Shown: positions 62,820 through 64,000 of the stretch, in pieces | How positions within the stretch are numbered: the stretch's first letter is position 1 | Layout of the letters: each line of letters opens with the position of its first letter | Assembly: GCA_020697715.1 (NCBI GenBank) | Contig: JAEHCO010000004.1 | Location: 64,001 to 128,000, forward strand | Direction of reading: 5' to 3' | Length of the DNA: 64,000 nucleotides | DNA from: Methanobacteriota archaeon | GTDB lineage: Archaea; Thermoplasmatota; Thermoplasmata; SG8-5; JAGLSY01 | The notes under the pieces: model-generated | What the model was told of the DNA's origin: nothing | What the model saw: the letters and a program-made list of their open reading frames with translations, nothing else | Database searches by the model: none | Made by a program: the position numbers and the translations under genes

Positions 62820-63491
62820 ATGGACAAAGCCATGATATCCAAACTTCAGGAGATGTACGCGGACATAGAGCCGGATATCGTAGAACGTCTGGAGGATTTT
62901 ACCAGCAAATGGGAAAACGGAAGTGATGAGGATATATTCATCGAGCTGGTATTCTGTTTACTAACTCCACAATCAAAAGCCAGAACATGCTGGCCAGCAG
63001 TTGAGAGAATGGTCAGCGATGGCTCATTGTTCGCCGGCGATCATGATGGCATACTCAATTGCGTATCCAATGTGCGCTTCAAGAACAATAAGACCAAATA
63101 TATCTTGGAAGCCAGGCAATTCTTTTTGATAAATGACAATAAGAACAATATAAATAATGATATTAATATAAAAAGAATCTTAATAAAACAAGGCCAGCCC
63201 AAGAAGATGCGCGAATGGCTGGTCGATAATATCAAAGGAATGGGATACAAGGAGGCCAGCCATTTCCTGCGTAATATTGGAATGGGCGGTGAATTGGCAA
63301 TACTGGACCGGCATATTTTGCGCAACCTGGTCGTTTATGGAGTTATAGACGAGATACCAGTATCCATCACACCCAAGAGATACCTGGCCATCGAGAAAAA
63401 TATGGCCATTTTCGCCTCGAAGATCGACATTCCAATGGATCATCTGGACCTCCTGCTATGGTACAAGGAAGCAGGCGAGATATTCAAGTAG
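62820..63491 (+). CDS. ogg: 8-oxoguanine DNA glycosylase/AP lyase
   Basis: ELVFCLLTPQS, RF.N.K, IKGMGYKEASHFLRNIG, AILDRHIL, LDLLLWY. Confidence 0.93.
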   Translation: MDKAMISKLQEMYADIEPDIVERLEDFTSKWENGSDEDIFIELVFCLLTPQSKARTCWPAVERMVSDGSLFAGDHDGILNCVSNVRFKNNKTKYILEARQFFLINDNKNNINNDINIKRILIKQGQPKKMREWLVDNIKGMGYKEASHFLRNIGMGGELAILDRHILRNLVVYGVIDEIPVSITPKRYLAIEKNMAIFASKIDIPMDHLDLLLWYKEAGEIFK

Positions 63492-63572
63492 ATGATATTA
63501 CCCATCTACTTTTCATCCGCTTCACCTACTATCCGTCCACTACCCAATCAGAATCCGCCGGAACATGGACAC

Positions 63573-63666
63573 CCACTTTTTCTTTTATCCCTCGCTGCGC
63601 TGTATTGGGCTCCAAAAGAAAAAGACGGACAAATAAGAAAAATCGCCCAACCCTGCTCACTCGGAG
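63573..63666 (+). mobile_element. Structured mini-element copy E at the 3' end of a surface-protein gene
   Basis: Stem CTTTTTCTTTT/AAAAGAAAAAG; pseudoknot TTGGGC/GCCCAA; CTGCGCT, AAATAAGAAA, CCTGCTC; 44-bp repeats 63529-63572 and 63667-63710. Confidence 0.75.
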
Positions 63667-64000
63667 TTACCCATCTATTATCCAATCAGAATCCGCCGGA
63701 ACATGGACACGATAACCATACCCTGGCACCATCATGTCTCCTGCTCCCATCTGAGAAAGGAAGTAGGGGGCACTGGAATTGAAACAGTATACCTTATCAG
63801 CCCCGGTTCCCCAGAGTGCTTCTGATACTGGCATGGGGTCAGCAAGTGAAGGATAGCCAACCATGTTCCATCCAGCATATAGATGGATCGTCGTGGTATC
63901 TGGCTGTGTACCTCTTATAACCAATGTATCCGAATTATTGGCCTTGAGCCAGAAACTCATTTTATGATCGAGAGTCCAGAGGTCCAAAAGAACATCCGGC
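63667..64000 (-). CDS. C-terminal part of a surface protein with the shared GWN domain (5' end outside window)
   Basis: Frame open to the window edge; IHLYAGWNMVGYP...GYRVHVPADSDW. Confidence 0.8.
   Translation of the reverse strand, partial: PDVLLDLWTLDHKMSFWLKANNSDTLVIRGTQPDTTTIHLYAGWNMVGYPSLADPMPVSEALWGTGADKVYCFNSSAPYFLSQMGAGDMMVPGYGYRVHVPADSDWIIDG

Noticed and set aside
63529-63710. Diversity-generating retroelement TR/VR pair
   Set aside because: Differences are not adenine-specific, the repeat is short and no reverse transcriptase is present
63492-63782. + strand ORFs with repeated peptides (NQNPPEHGH, QSESAGTWT)
   Set aside because: Translations of element E and its flanking repeats
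1-64000. tRNA, rRNA, transposase or integrase genes
   Set aside because: None recognised by eye or among the ORFs; tRNAscan-SE and ISEScan would be needed to exclude them formally

Overview
Archaeal genomic window, most consistent with Thermoplasmatota (aIF5B, rps8e-srp19, FEN-1 with PIP box, archaeal Ogg, DUF211). It carries housekeeping and metabolic genes (hypF, CoADR-rhodanese, thiolase-hbd-crt, fhs, gcvH, lpd-like), many metal-homeostasis genes and several large surface proteins. Four things stand out. (1) A family of ~90-220 bp non-coding elements with a conserved stem plus pseudoknot showing compensatory changes. There are five clear copies (6250, 6503, 6723, 40760, 63573) and one divergent candidate (52465). 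Each clear copy sits between two copies of a different target sequence. Where the target is a gene 3' end (infB, a surface-protein gene), the two copies differ only by synonymous or conservative changes. A matching pattern without the element lies at the fen 3' end. This suggests a retargetable gene-3'-end-replacing mini element; that is inference. (2) A gene missing from the ORF track (minus strand, 1631 to the window edge) fusing a [NiFe]-hydrogenase small subunit, a 2x[4Fe-4S] domain and a divergent [FeFe]-hydrogenase H-domain. (3) A longin/roadblock-like domain shared by a membrane receptor next to a Rab-like GTPase and by a STAND-TPR ATPase. (4) An AT-rich HD-domain plus AAA+ gene beside the element cluster. 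No rRNA, tRNA, CRISPR-Cas, transposase, integrase or reverse transcriptase was recognised. All assignments come from motif reading by eye; no searches were run.
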